From the NCBI GenBank assembly GCA_951406725.2, contig OX597832.1, positions 50,096,001 to 50,160,000 of the forward strand: a DNA stretch of 64,000 bases. The letters run 5' to 3'. The stretch's first letter is position 1. The number at the start of each line of letters is the position of its first letter. The stretch comes from Octopus vulgaris. Its lineage: Eukaryota. The notes beneath the pieces were generated by a model that saw nothing but the letters and a program-made list of their open reading frames with translations, had not been told where the DNA came from and made no database searches. Shown piece by piece: positions 26,327 through 39,548 of this stretch. The translations under genes and the position numbers were made by a program.

Positions 26327-26709
26327 TTACTTGTTTCTGTCATTTGACTGCGGCCAAGCTGGAGCACCGCCTTTAATCGATCAACTCGACCCCGGGACTT
26401 ATTCTTTTGTAAGCCCAGTACTTATTCTATCGGTCTCTTTTGCCGAACTCCTAAGTAACGGGGACATAAACACACCAGCATCGGTTGTCAAGTGATGCTA
26501 GGGGGACAAACACACACACACACACATACATATATATACATATATACGACAGGCTTCTTTCAGTTTCCGTCTACCAAATCCACTCACAAGGCTTTGGTCG
26601 GCCCGAGGCTATTGTAGAAGACACTTGCCCAAGATGCCACGCAGTGGGACTGAACCCGGAACCATGTGGTTGGTAAACAAGCTACTTACCACACAGCCAC
26701 TCCTGCGCC
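26327..26709 (-). mobile_element. SINE family A
   Basis: Reverse complement of family A. Confidence 0.9.
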
Positions 26710-27119
26710 TATGTTTACTTGGCTCTGTCTTATATTCTCCCCTACGTCTCTGCTGTCACTCTGAAATCTTAATTTATTTATCTCACTTTTATGTATCTCT
26801 CTGGGGGAATCTTCTTTGATCGTAGATATGTATCCATATAAAGATAAATTTGATCTCCACATTAGTCGAGATGTTGCTTGTACTCTTAAGAAGTACACTT
26901 TCCATTGCCAGGGAATTCTTCTCGGTATTGATCTAATTGTGCATTCATTGAACACACACAGCCATATATCAATTAAACATAATCTATATTGCTATGCACA
27001 TGCCTGCACAAACTGATATATGTTCTCGTATGTACACACACACACACACATCCACACACACACATGTGCATCAGAAGCACAAATACATTTGGGAAACAGC
27101 TTTTATTCTGTTCATGTAG

Positions 27120-27280
27120 AATTAAAAATTAAGTGTTGACTGATGCATCCAATACTAGTCAATATTCACTATTCCGTGTCTTCTAATGAGCTTTCTTCTG
27201 TCTTAATGTAAGAAATGGCCAATTTCCAAACTAGTCTTCTTAGGAGTTTTTCAGCATCGGTCGGTGGTACTTTAGAGACG
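27120..27280 (+). other. Candidate exon with possible start ATG at 27215 (MANFQTSLLRSFSASVGGTLET, phase 0)
   Basis: TTTTATTCTGTTCATGTAG acceptor; ACG|GTAACT donor; unique sequence. Confidence 0.35.
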
Positions 27281-27591
27281 GTAACTTCATTTCTTTCATG
27301 TAACTTCTTCACCTAACTTCTTCCCGAACAAGAAGAGAGAGTGAGTAACATTGCGATGGACTGGCGTCCCATCCAGCTGGGGGAAACACATACGCCTCAG
27401 AAACTGGGAAACCGGGCCCATAAGCCTGGCTAGGCTTGAAAAAGGCAACGTTTATTCTTTTTCTCACCCCTTTTATTTTTACTTTGGAATGCATTCAACA
27501 GGGGTTTTGGCAATACTTACAGTGGAACAACATTGAAGCAGAAGTGTCGACCACTATTGTGCACGTCTTTGTCTTGACTCTTCAGCATGTT

Positions 27592-27898
27592 TTTTTTTTG
27601 TTCCTTCTCGAGCCATGCCTCACTCACAAGGGCCGGTTTCTCGGTTTCTTGGTGTATAGCTTCCCCACCTGGACGGGACACCAGTCCGTCGCAGATGAGC
27701 TGCAAGATGCAGGAGGAAAGAGCGAGAGAAAGTTGTGGCGAAAGAGTCAGCAGAAGTTTCGCCATTACCTTCGGCCGGATCCGCATGGGGCTTAGGTGTT
27801 TTCACTCATAAACACACACATTGCACGGTCTGAGATTCGAACCCATGATCCCTCGACCGCGAGTCCGCTGCTCTAACCACTAGGCCATGTACCTTCAC
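27592..27898 (-). mobile_element. SINE family C with 13-bp TSD
   Basis: TCTTCAGCATGTT at 27579-27591 and 27899-27911. Confidence 0.85.
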
Positions 27899-27997
27899 TC
27901 TTCAGCATGTTGTATGTGGATGTGTTGATAAACTTTGGCTCCGCTATGCACAGCTGATTTCCTCTTGCAGCAGGCCTTTACTGACTCTTACCATTCT

Positions 27998-28384
27998 AGT
28001 AGCTTGCTTACAAACCATATGGTTCCGGGTTCAGTCCCACTGCGTGGCACCTTGGGCAAGTGTCTTCTACTATAGCCTCGGGCTGACCAAAGCAGGGTGA
28101 GTGGATTTGGTAGACGGAAACTGAAAGAAGCCCGTCATATATATGTATATGTGTGTGTGTATATGTTTGTGTATCTATGTTTGTCTCCTGAACATCGCTT
28201 GAGAACTGATGCTGGTGTGTTTACGTCCCTGTAACTTAGTGGTTTGGCAAAAGAAACCGATAGAATAAGTACTGGGCTTACAAAGAATAAGTCCTGGGGT
28301 TGGTTTGCTCGACTAAAGGTGGTGCTCCAGCATGGCCACAGTCAAATGACTGAAACAAGTAAAAGAGTAAAAAGAGTAAAGAGT
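27998..28384 (+). mobile_element. SINE family A, slightly 5'-truncated
   Basis: Family A body and tail. Confidence 0.85.
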
Positions 28385-28641
28385 ATATATAATTTCTAAT
28401 ATCTAATTATAACAATATAGCAAGATATTTTTTTATATGCAGTGAATAGCTAAAGGAGGTCCAGCAGAGTAAAATAGAAATCAAAGGGATCGATAGGGGG
28501 AAAAATGGTTGAGAAACAGTGAGTTAAGGGGTTGGATGCCCTTCCTTTTATCTTCTATAATATGGATTGGGTGTATTGAACATGTATTGACTGCAGAGTG
28601 GTTGCTTTTGATATGACTAAAGAGTCTTCGTTAAAGTACAT

Positions 28642-28672
<31 letters not shown>

Positions 28673-28842
28673 ATATGCGTATGTGAATGTATGTATTATG
28701 TTTATGTACATAAGTACGTGTGTGTGTGTGTGTGTGTATAAATATATATATATATAAATATGTATACATAGAAATGTATGTTTGTATATGTAGATGTGTA
28801 TGTGCTTGTATATAGAAATGTATGTTTTTATATATATATAAA

Positions 28843-28881
<39 letters not shown>

Positions 28882-28894
28882 GATATGTATATAA

Positions 28895-28930
<36 letters not shown>

Positions 28931-29499
28931 GTGTGTGTATATATGGACCTGTATATAAGGATATATATATATAATTGTAAATGATGGAAAGATAGATATG
29001 TTTCTCAGCAACTGTGTATGCATATGGGTGCTGGTGCCACGTAAAAAGCACCCAGTACACTCTGTGGAGTTGTTGGCATTAGGAAGGGCATCCAGCCATC
29101 AAAACCAAACCAAAACAGAACAAAACAGACTATAGAACCTGGTGCAGTCCCTGGCCCTGCCAGTTCCTGTCAAGTTGTCTAACCCATGCCGGCATGGAAA
29201 AATAGATGTTAAATGATGGTGATGATGATGAGGATGATGATGATGATGATGCACATGTATGTGTATGCATGCATATTTTTTATTATTATTATTATTGATG
29301 ACAAAATCATTTTGATTCATTCAGAGAAAATAATTTGAAATGATATACGAAAGTAGCAGTTTAAGCATTAGCCGTGAAATATGGTAAGACCTTATAAAAG
29401 GAACCGTACGTGAGGATCAACTCTTGTGTTTGTTGAGGCCATCAATCATCACTGGTCTTAACTAGTCTTAATGCTACTTCATGAGCAAGTTTATTATTG

Positions 29500-29539
<40 letters not shown>

Positions 29540-29592
29540 TCCTGTAAAGCAATGCTTTATGATGTCTGTATGTGTTTATGCATATATTAGAT

Positions 29593-29982
29593 ACTCTTTT
29601 ACTTGTTTCAGTCATTTGACTGCGGCCATGCTGGAGCACCGCCTTTAGTCGAGCAAATCGACCCCGGGACTTATTTTTTGTAAGCCTAGTACTTATTTTA
29701 TTGGTCTCTTTTGCCGAACTGCTAACTTACAGGGACATAAACACACCAGCATCGGTTGTTAAGCAATGCTAGGGGGACAAACACAGACACACAAACACAT
29801 ACACACACATACATATATATGACAGGCTTCTTTCAGTTTCCATCTACCAAATCCACTCACAAGGAATTGGTCAGCCCGGGACTATAGCAGAAGACACTTG
29901 CCCAAGATGCCACGCAGTGGGACTGAACCCGGAACCATGTGGTTGGTTAGCAAGCTACTTACCACACAGCCACTCCTGCGCC
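29593..29982 (-). mobile_element. SINE family A
   Basis: Reverse complement of family A. Confidence 0.9.
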
Positions 29983-30396
29983 TTGTTGAAATTGTATGAT
30001 ACTTGTATATAAGCATTTGCAAAAGCACGTATCTACATATATGAATTGGTTTGTGTTTGTGAGTGTGTGTGTTTTTGAAGTAATGCTTTAAGATATCTGT
30101 ATGTTTTTACGCATGTATGGCATGTTGAAATTGTAAGATAAATATATAAGTATTTACATACTCCTACATATATCTGCACATGTGAATTGGTTTGTGTGTC
30201 TGTGTAGGTGTGAATGTAAATGAATACATGAATGTATTTGCGTTTGCTTTTGTGTTTGAGAGAAAGAGAGAGAGAAAGAAAGAGGGAGAATGAATAAAAG
30301 CATATTTCTACATATATATACCGAGAGCTCGACTATGTAATACCAGCACTATTTTACTTACTTAATCTAGGTACTTCCATAATTGAAAAGCTCAAG

Positions 30397-30430
30397 TTCC
30401 TTATTTGGTTTCACCTCCTCTTCAGAAAAA
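30397..30430 (-). ncRNA. Degenerate minimal hammerhead-like motif
   Basis: TTTTT-CTGAAGA-GGAGGT-GAAA-CCAAA-TA-AGGAA; canonical core but weak stems. Confidence 0.35.
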
Positions 30431-30639
30431 CATCAAATACTAATCCCACAGACTAGCACAGAATCCTACAATGAAAGAACCCAAAGCTTCTCAGAGACCA
30501 CAAGTAGCATTCCATTTTTCAGGATAAAGTTGTAAAATCAGGAAATGGTGCCTTTAATTAATATTTTTATGGTCTTTTAACAACTAGTAAGTGATCAACA
30601 CTGCTAATAAATTGAAATCCCAACTGTAGATCATGTTTA

Positions 30640-30683
30640 CATGCACACACATACATATATATTTACATACATATTATGCATGC

Positions 30684-30730
<47 letters not shown>

Positions 30731-30817
30731 CATACATTTACATATACATACATACATATATACACATATATATATATATACACACATATATATATACACA
30801 TATATATATATACACAC

Positions 30818-30848
<31 letters not shown>

Positions 30849-30886
30849 CACACATATATATATATATATACATTTACATATACATG

Positions 30887-30933
<47 letters not shown>

Positions 30934-31059
30934 TTACATATACATACACACATATATATATACATTTACATACACACACGTATATATATATATATATATA
31001 TACATTTACACATACACACACATATATATATACATGTGTGTGTATATACATATATATAT

Positions 31060-31121
<62 letters not shown>

Positions 31122-31210
31122 ATATATATATACACTCACACACACAGACACGTGTGTGTGTTTATGTATACTACACATGTGCATACTTACATGCACTCAC
31201 AAACACACAC
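30640..31210. repeat. (TA)n/(CA)n compound microsatellite
   Basis: Direct inspection. Confidence 0.95.
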
Positions 31211-31728
31211 ATTTAGGCTTTATTTTGTTACTTTTAATCATTTCACTCTGCCAATGCTAAGGCACCACTTTTGGGGTTGTTGTTAATTACATCATCCATG
31301 AGTACTTATAACTTTACAAATCATTGAAGTATGAAATGATGTGTATACATTCATATATATATATATATATATAAGTTTGCATATATATATTATCACAGAA
31401 AATACCATATTTCACTGAAAGCATATCTGGCAAAAGCAAGACAATGATGAGTTTACTGAGAATGCATGGTCTACATTAGACAGGGCCACTTTAATTCAGT
31501 AATAGTTAAAAAGGCTCGAATGAGAAATATATCATTAATTAGCTCACTCTAACATTGAATTTAAAGCCAGAACCTTTTCAGGGCAACAGACAAAACACTA
31601 GTGATGTCACACATGTGACATACTGTTGTCTTGTTTCTTTCTTTAAGTATATACATAAGGTGGTGTGTCCTAATTTATGGATATTAGCATCTATGGATAT
31701 TAGCATGGGACTTTATGGATATTAGCAT

Positions 31729-32038
31729 GTAAAAAGCACCATCCGAACGTGGCCGATGCCAGCGCCACCTTGACTGGCTTCCGTGCCGGTGGCACGTAAA
31801 AAGCACCAACCGATCGTGGCCGTTTGCCAGCCTGCTCTGGCCCCTGTGCCGGTGGCACGTAAAAAGTCCCCACTAGACTTACGGAGTGGTTGGCATTAGG
31901 AAGGGCATCCAGCTATAGAAACACTGCCAGATCAGACTGGAGCCTGGTGCAGCCTTCTCGCTTCTCCAGACCCCAGTCGAAACGTCCAACCCATGCTAAC
32001 ATGGAAAACGGACGCTAAACGATGATGATGATGATGAT
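31729..32038 (+). mobile_element. SINE-like family D (internal GGCACGTAAAAAGCACC repeats, GGAAGGGCATCCAGC domain, (GAT)n tail)
   Basis: Homologous to 50111-50526 and 61290-61684. Confidence 0.8.
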
Positions 32039-32937
32039 TATGTTATAGAAGTAACAAGCATTAAAAATACATCATATAAAAGGTACCTATGCTAGTGCCA
32101 CCCAAAAAGCATCTGTTTTGGTGCCATGTAAAAAGCACCCATACTGGTACCATGGAAAAAGTGCCCATGCTGGTGCATGTAAAGTGATTTGCGTTGGGAA
32201 GGGTATACAGCTGTAGAAACCATGCCAAAATGGAGATTTGGAACCTGGTGCAGCTCTCTAGCTGGCCAGCTCCTGTGAAGCTGTCCAACCCATACCTGTA
32301 TGGAATACGGATGTTAAATGGTGATGAAGATGATGATGATGTGTGCGTGTATGTATAGTCCTCAGAATGAAATGCTATAAGCGGGGGAAGGGCAGTTGTT
32401 TAGCTTGATCAAGTAAATCTGTGTTCAAAAGTTTCCTGGTTGTAAACACCCTGTCCCTGTTTCTTTATATATGGGTTGACGAATGCCTTGTGAGTAAAAT
32501 TTGATAAGCAGAAACTGGAATATAGCCCTTGTATGTGTCTATGTACCAGAGTATCAGACGTTGTTATACACTGCTGAACACAATGCGCTTCCTCTCATTG
32601 TTGTAGCCTTTCAAATGATAGCACCCCACCAGCCAGGTGGGCAGGCCAGTATTCATGGATGAGGACAGTTGCTCAAAGAAGTATTGCAAGAAACAGCTTG
32701 GTTTCCTTCTCTGGCATTTTACAAGGGTCGACCTATACAAGTGAATGAGTGAATAACAAAATAGGAATTTTGAAAGACGTATATTTGCCATTTGAATATG
32801 GCTAACCCCTAAGGGTGGATGCTACTGTAGTTTGTAGCCCCAGGAGGACACCTCCTCCAGCTGGCTTTAGACACACTTTCTGTGCCCTATCAGTGTTTGC
32901 GAAGAGAAGCCATCCTTCCCGTCTTCAACTTATGATA

Positions 32938-32982
32938 CTCACGGACTCGAGTTTCTGGGTATTGACCCGTCATCAGCGTGTG
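32938..32982 (-). ncRNA. Type I hammerhead ribozyme with canonical core (Penelope-like pLTR type)
   Basis: CACACG-CTGATGA-C-GGGT-CAAT-ACCC-A-GAAA-CTCGAG-TC-CGTGAG; GUC cleavage triplet, predicted cut between 32944 and 32943. Confidence 0.8.
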
Positions 32983-33434
32983 ACAATCACAGTTGTCGAT
33001 GAAAAGTAGGTTCCCTTCACGAACACTTATCCCTTTTCCTGTATCGTAAAGACACTGATATCGAAAAGGTGTAATCAAGCACTAATAAATCTTGAAGCGA
33101 GTTATAAACAGTAGCTGCAACACATCGTGACGTATAAAGAAATATCTATAAAACTAGTTTTTATACATTGAATGGCTATTGGGGTCCACTAGAATAAAAT
33201 GGTAATCAAAGGGGCCCATTAATAAAACAATGGTTGAGAACCCCTGATCGATGGCATCATCTGTGACAGGCATATGTATGTTCTATGTATGCGTGTATAG
33301 TTGTTATTTAACCTCATGTAAGCTCTGATCAAGGAGACCTTCCAGCAAAGCCTTTCCAGCTATGACCATCCTGTCATTTTGATATGTGAAAAAAATCCAG
33401 GACACATTAGCCAACAAACATGTTCTTTTGCTAA

Positions 33435-33602
33435 GCAGGAGTGGCTGTGTGGTAAGTAGCTTGCTAACCAACCACATGGTTCTGGGTTCAGTCCCACTGC
33501 GTGGCATCTTGGGCAAGTGTCTTCTGCTATAGCCTCGGGCCAACCAATGCCTTGTGAATGGATTTGGTAGATGGAAACTGAAAGAAGCCTGTCGTATATA
33601 TG

Positions 33603-33639
<37 letters not shown>

Positions 33640-33834
33640 TTGTCCCCCTAGCATTGCTTGACAACCGATGCTGGTGTGTTTACGTCCCCGTCACTTAGCG
33701 GTTCGGCAAAAGAGGCCGATAGAATAAGTACTGGGCTTACAAAGAATAAGTCCCGGGGTCGATTTTCTCGACTAAAGGCAGTGCTCCAGCATGGCCGCAG
33801 TCAAATGATTGAAACAAGTAAAAGAGTAAAAGAG
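33435..33834 (+). mobile_element. SINE family A
   Basis: Full body and tail. Confidence 0.9.
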
Positions 33835-34049
33835 ACAGATGTAAGGTATGATTTGAGGGAGATTTGGTTCTAGTATGTTGAGCCACTATCTGTGAGTTCC
33901 CTTGTTTGCTCGCAGTCATGTAAGGTGATGTCCCTGATGTGTCTGTGTATATGTGAGTATGACTATATAGGTCTGTCTTAGTGTATGTGTCTGCATTTGT
34001 GTATGTGCCTACATTTATGCATGTTTGTGTCTGATATCTATGTATGCTT

Positions 34050-34104
<55 letters not shown>

Positions 34105-34262
34105 GTCCCTGTGTGTAATCTCTCTTATGTATTTCTTTTGTATGAGTTATGTGTTATGCATATGAATAGATGTGTCGTGAATGTAAGAGCATGTGATGTT
34201 ATTTGGCTGCAATTGTGCGTGTGTGTATGTGCATGTGTGTGTGTGTGCACATGCATGTGTTC

Positions 34263-34295
<33 letters not shown>

Positions 34296-34449
34296 TCAGC
34301 CGGATCCTGAAATTAATGTATTAAATTACATTTGCTTATTTAAATTACTAAGTTCTGAGATGAGAATGTTACAGAGATGTAGTTTAAGCTGACATAAGTG
34401 ATGTTAAGGTGAACAGAGGTTAATGACTAGAGGATAGAGTGGAGGGAGA

Positions 34450-34658
34450 GTAGTAGTAGTAGTAGTAGTAGTGGAAGTAGTAGTACTGGAAGTAGTAGTA
34501 GTAGTAGTGGAAGTAGTAGTAGTAGTGGAAGTAGTAGTAGTAGTAGTAGTGGAAGTAGTAGTAGTAGTAGTAGTAGTGGAAGTAGTAGTAGTAGTAGTGG
34601 AAGTAGTAGTAGTAGTAGTGGAAGTAGTAGTAGTGGAAGTAGCAGTAGTGGAAGTAGC

Positions 34659-34696
<38 letters not shown>

Positions 34697-34808
34697 AAGT
34701 AGTAGTACTGGAAGTAGTAGTAGTAGTATTAGAAGTAGTAGTAGTAGTATTAGAAGTAGTAGTAGTAGTAGTAGTGGAAGTAGTATTAGTAGTAGTAGTG
34801 GTAGTAGG
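34450..34808. repeat. (GTA)n trinucleotide repeat with GTGGAA interruptions
   Basis: Direct inspection. Confidence 0.95.
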
Positions 34809-34999
34809 AGTAGAGAAGGGGGAGGGAGAGGTGTTTACTTTCTGCAATTTAGAAAGAATTAACCAACCCATAATTAGTTAATCTATAATACAGATCACAA
34901 CAGTTTTCACTAAATGCTTTTTGTCTTCTTTTTCCATCGTTTCCTTCAGTTCATTCTTTCTCCTTCTTTTCCCTCTCCTTCTTCTTTCTTCATCTAAAT

Positions 35000-35332
35000 C
35001 ATTGGTTCCCGACCATTTTTTTTACCCATGGACCCCTTTGATTCACATTTTAATTACTTGGTTGGACCCTCATAGCCATTTGATGCGTAACAAAACCCTA
35101 TTATATTTTGGTAATTAGCTATTATTAGGAATTCTTTTATTCTTTCGTTTGTTTCACTCATTTGACTGCGGCCATGCTGGAGCACTGCCTTAAAGGGTTA
35201 TAGTTGAAGAAATCGACTCCAGGGGTTATTCTTTGTAAGCCTAGTACTTATTCTATCAGTCACTTTTGCCGAACAGCTAAGTTACAGGGACATAAACACA
35301 CCAATATCAGTTGTCAAGCAATGGGGAGGAGA

Positions 35333-35369
<37 letters not shown>

Positions 35370-36064
35370 GCGATGGGTTTCTTTCAGTTTCTGTCTATCA
35401 GATCCACTCATAAGGCTTTGGTCACCCTGAGGTTATAGTAGAAGACACTTGTCCAAGGTGCCATGCAGTGGGACTGAACACAGAACCATGAAGTTGGGAA
35501 GCAAGCTTTTTATTTCTTTATTGCTCACAGGGGCTAAACACAGAGGGGACAAACAAGGACAGACAAACGGATTAAGTCGATTACATCGACCCCAGTGCGT
35601 AACTGGTACTTAATTTATCAACCCCGAAAGGATGAAACGCAAAGTTGACCTCGGCAGAATTACAACGCAGAACGTAACGGCAGACAATATACCTATTTCT
35701 TTACTACCCACAAGGGGCTAAACACAGAAAGGACAAACAAGGACAGACAAAGGGATTAAGTCGATTATATTGACCCCAGTGCATAACTGGTACTTAATTT
35801 ATCGACCCCGAAAGGATGAAAGGCAAAGTCGACCTCGGCGGAATTTGAACTCGGAACATAACGGCAGATGAAATATCGCTAAGAATTTCACCCGGCGTGC
35901 TAACGTTTCTGCCAGCTTGCCGCAAGCTTCTTACCGCACAGCCACGCCTGTGCCTTGTATAAAAAGATTGTTAAAATATTTTATGTATTGTAAAAATATA
36001 AGCAATTTATTGCTCATACATTTTAACAAGAAAATCTTATATGGACCCCAGTTGAGAACCACTG
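35000..36064. mobile_element. hAT/Charlie-like MITE interrupted by SINE A (35141-35950, -), itself interrupted by two SINE B copies (35512-35922, -)
   Basis: CATTGGTTCCCGA / TTGAGAACCACTG TIRs; TSD ATCTAAAT/ATGTAAAT; homologous to 61247-61923. Confidence 0.75.
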
Positions 36065-36626
36065 ATGTAAATCATAAAAATATCAAATCCCTTACGAACC
36101 GAGTTCCTTGGCCATATGTTTTAAACAGAGCAAGGTTCCTGTGAAGATATTTCTAGAGAAGCTAATGACCCATCTCAGAGTGCTCTATGATACACACCAT
36201 ATGCTACTGAAACAAGCCACGTTGTTGGAAGTTGGAAGCATGGAACGGCATTTCCTTCATTTAATAAATCATCTTTGGTAATATCTTCTTTTCTTTTTTT
36301 TTTGCTGTCATTATTCTTTTCTTTATTAATCTCTTGGAGTGAATGCTTTTCAAAGGGTTATGGAATTGAAGAAACTTGAATGGTGGCAGTGGATGTTGGT
36401 GGGTGACGTTAAGAATGCAGAGTTAAAACCACTTTAGTTGCTCTTTAAAAAGAGCATCATAGAGATTTAACCCTTTGAAGAGAAAGAAGGCTAATGCTTT
36501 TTACATTGAAGAGGACAGAATCGTTTTCTGTGACAGCTACAAACAATACAAGGTTGTTGTTTTTTTTTAAATGCTGTAAAAAAATATTTAAATATCTGTA
36601 TACAAAGTATATTATATACATACATA

Positions 36627-36790
36627 CGCAGGAGTGGCTGTGTGGTAAGTAGCTTGTTTACCAACCACATGGTTCTGGGTTCAGTCCCACTGCGTGGCAT
36701 CTTGGGCAAGTGTCTTCTACTATAGCCTCGGGCCGACCAATGCCTTGTGAGTGGATTTGGTAGACGGAAACTGAAAAGAAGCCAGTCGTA

Positions 36791-36823
<33 letters not shown>

Positions 36824-37053
36824 GCATGTGTGTGTTTGTGTGCCTGTGTTTGTCCCCCCAACATCGCTTGACAACCGATGCTGGTGTGTTTATGTCCCCG
36901 TTATTTAGCGGTTCGGCAAAAGAGGCCGATAGAATAAGTACTGGGCTTACAAAAGTATAAGTCCCGGGGTCGAGTTGCTCGATTAAAGGTGGTGCTCTAG
37001 CATGGCCGCAGTCAAATGACTGAAACAAGTAAAAGAGTAAAAGAGAAAAGAGA
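36627..37053 (+). mobile_element. SINE family A
   Basis: Full body and tail. Confidence 0.9.
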
Positions 37054-37057
37054 GATT

Positions 37058-37092
<35 letters not shown>

Positions 37093-37826
37093 TCATGCAT
37101 GCAGGCATGGCTTTCAATGGCTTCCCAACCACATGGTTTTGGGTTCAATCCCACTGTGTGGTACCTTTGGTAAGTGTCTTCTACCATAGCCATGGTCTGA
37201 ATAAAATCTTGTGCATGGATTTAGTAAAGGAAAACTAAAAGAAATCCATTGTGTGTGTGTGTGTGTGTGTGTGTGTACGTACAATGAGCCATCATTGAGT
37301 CTACTATGATACACATCTTATTCTATTGAAAACAGCAGCCTCCTTGATGGAAGCGTGATGTAATACGTGTGAGTGTGTGTGTATGTTTGTGTCACCTTGT
37401 CTTGACACTGCATTATAGTTATAAATCAGTGTCACAACAGTGTCAAGTTGACATTTCCTGTTAACAAATAGTTCTTTAGCTCTGTTTCCAAAGATGAGTG
37501 AACCTTCTCCCGCCTCCCCCCAAAAAAAGGAAAAGAAGGAAGAAAAATCCTTTACTTTAAAAACAGGTAAGGGGTGGCAATAGGAAGAACACTTGGCAGT
37601 AAAATAATGTCTCAGTAATAAGTATTCCTCCAACCCATGCTAGCATGGAAAAACAGATATAAAATGGATGGACGATCAAATGAATATGTGTGTTACACTT
37701 ATATATATATCTGTCTGTCTAATTTCTTCCTCTCTCTCTCTCTCATCTATCCATCCATCCATCCATCCAAATAGAACATATATATATATAGGCAAAATAT
37801 GACCAAGTACAACATGTGTTTGTGTT

Positions 37827-37866
<40 letters not shown>

Positions 37867-38036
37867 CTTTATTTAAAAGCAGCAGAAATTCAACAAAACC
37901 TGTTACTCAGATATATATATAAGACAGATATATATAAGTGAAACTCTGAGTAACAGGTTTTGTTGAATTTTAAATAAAGCATATTACTCTACCCATGGTA
38001 TTTGAGTACTTTTTCCACCTATGTGTTTACTCCAGT
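37867..38036. mobile_element. Penelope-like inverted fragment pair in (TA)n, with the 3' half of a hammerhead
   Basis: 37867-37911 is inverted relative to 37945-37979; GAAA-CTCTGAG-TA-ACAGG at 37940. Confidence 0.55.
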
Positions 38037-38465
38037 ATATATATTTTACTTGTTTCAGTCATTTGAGTGCGGCCATGCTGGAGCACCACCTTTAGTCAAG
38101 CAAATCGACCCCAGGGCTTATTCTTTGGAAGCCTAGTGCTTATTCTATTGGTCTCTTTTGCCGAACCGCTAAGTTATATATATCACCATCATCATCATTG
38201 TTTAATATCCATCATCCATGCATGCATGGGTAGGGCAGTTGACAGGAGCCGGACATGTAGAAAATCTACCCTGGGCTACTGCGTAATGCTTATTGATGCA
38301 CATTGTTTTGAATTCATCATGCTTTATCTCGTAGCTTTGAGATGTCGATGATGTGATTGTTTTTAGAATGACATTGTAGGGTAGGTTTGAGAGGCAGGAT
38401 CTGGTCAGTTTGGACACAAAACAATATTTTGGCCAGATATTGTTGGTTTAAATGCTAAAGGGTTA

Positions 38466-38613
38466 AGGCCCAACCTTCTGAGTTCTTTTACAGGGCTTAG
38501 AAAAACTGAAGGACCACTGCAATAAGTGTGTGAATCTTGGAGGAGAATATTTTGACTGAACTGATCCTCCTATATTTTATTTTATCCAAAGTCAGGAACT
38601 CTTCAGCACCCTC
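38466..38613 (+). mobile_element. mariner-type relic (transposase C-terminus plus TIR)
   Basis: LQGLEKLKDHCNKCVNLGGEYFD*; ends GGAACTCTTCAGCACCCTC. Confidence 0.7.
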
Positions 38614-38739
38614 ACATATATACGAAAAATATGATTATCCCCAAATATAACCTTTCGTTATCTGACATGTGATCCCCACCTCCAATGTCCCCTTCCCTCT
38701 CAAAATCCCTTGTCTTGCGAGTTGCTTGGTGACTCTACT

Positions 38740-39548
38740 GGTGCTGGTGCCATGTAAAAAAGCATCCAGCCCACACTGTAAAACGGTTTACATTTGGAAG
38801 GGCATCCAACCATAAAAACCCTACCAAAACTGACCTTGCTTGTGCTGGTACCACATAAAAAGCATTCAGTCTATACTGTAAAATGGTTTACATTTGGAAG
38901 GGCATCCAGCCATAAAAACCCTACCAAAACTGACCTTGCTTGTGCTGGTACCACATAAAAAGCATTCAGTCTATACTGTAAAATGGTTTACATTTGGAAG
39001 GGCCTCCAGCCATAAAACCCCTGCCAAAACTGACCTTCCCTGTGCTGGTGCTGCATAAAAACCATTCAGTTCACACTGTAAAATAGTTTACATTTGGAAG
39101 GGCTTCCAGCTATAAAACCCCTGCCAAAACTGACCTTGCTTGTGCTGGTACCACATAAAAAGCATTCAGTCCATACTGTAAAATGGTTTACATTTGGAAG
39201 GGCATCCAATCATAAAAACCCCTGCCTAAACTGACCTTGCCTGTGCTGGTGCTGCATAAAAAGCATTCAGTCTATACTGTAAAATGGTTTACATTTGGAA
39301 GGGCATCCAGCCATAAAACCCCTGCCAAAACTGACCTTGCCTGTGCTGGTGCCACATGGAACGCATTCAACTCACTCTCTGGAGTGTTTGGTGTTAGGAC
39401 GGGCATCCAGCTGTGAAAACCCTGCCAAAACAGACACAGTAGCCTGGGGTAGTCATCTACCTGGCCGACTCCTGTCAAATCATCCGACCCATGCCTGCAT
39501 GGAAAGCGGATGTTAAACAACAACAACGATGATGATGATGATGATGAT
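38740..39548 (+). repeat. ~100-bp minisatellite (about 6 units) expanded within a family D element
   Basis: TGTGCTGGT recurs at 38841, 38941, 39041, 39141, 39242, 39342; ends in the family D (GAT)n tail. Confidence 0.9.

Noticed and set aside
31444-31460. ATGATGA...CTGA box C/D-like pair
   Set aside because: No terminal D box or closing stem within snoRNA distance
34404-34881. Mucin-like Thr-rich and Val-rich ORFs
   Set aside because: Pure (GTA)n repeat with no splice or domain context
38740-39420. Regularly spaced repeats resembling a CRISPR array
   Set aside because: The entire unit is repeated with no unique spacers; it is a eukaryotic SINE-derived minisatellite
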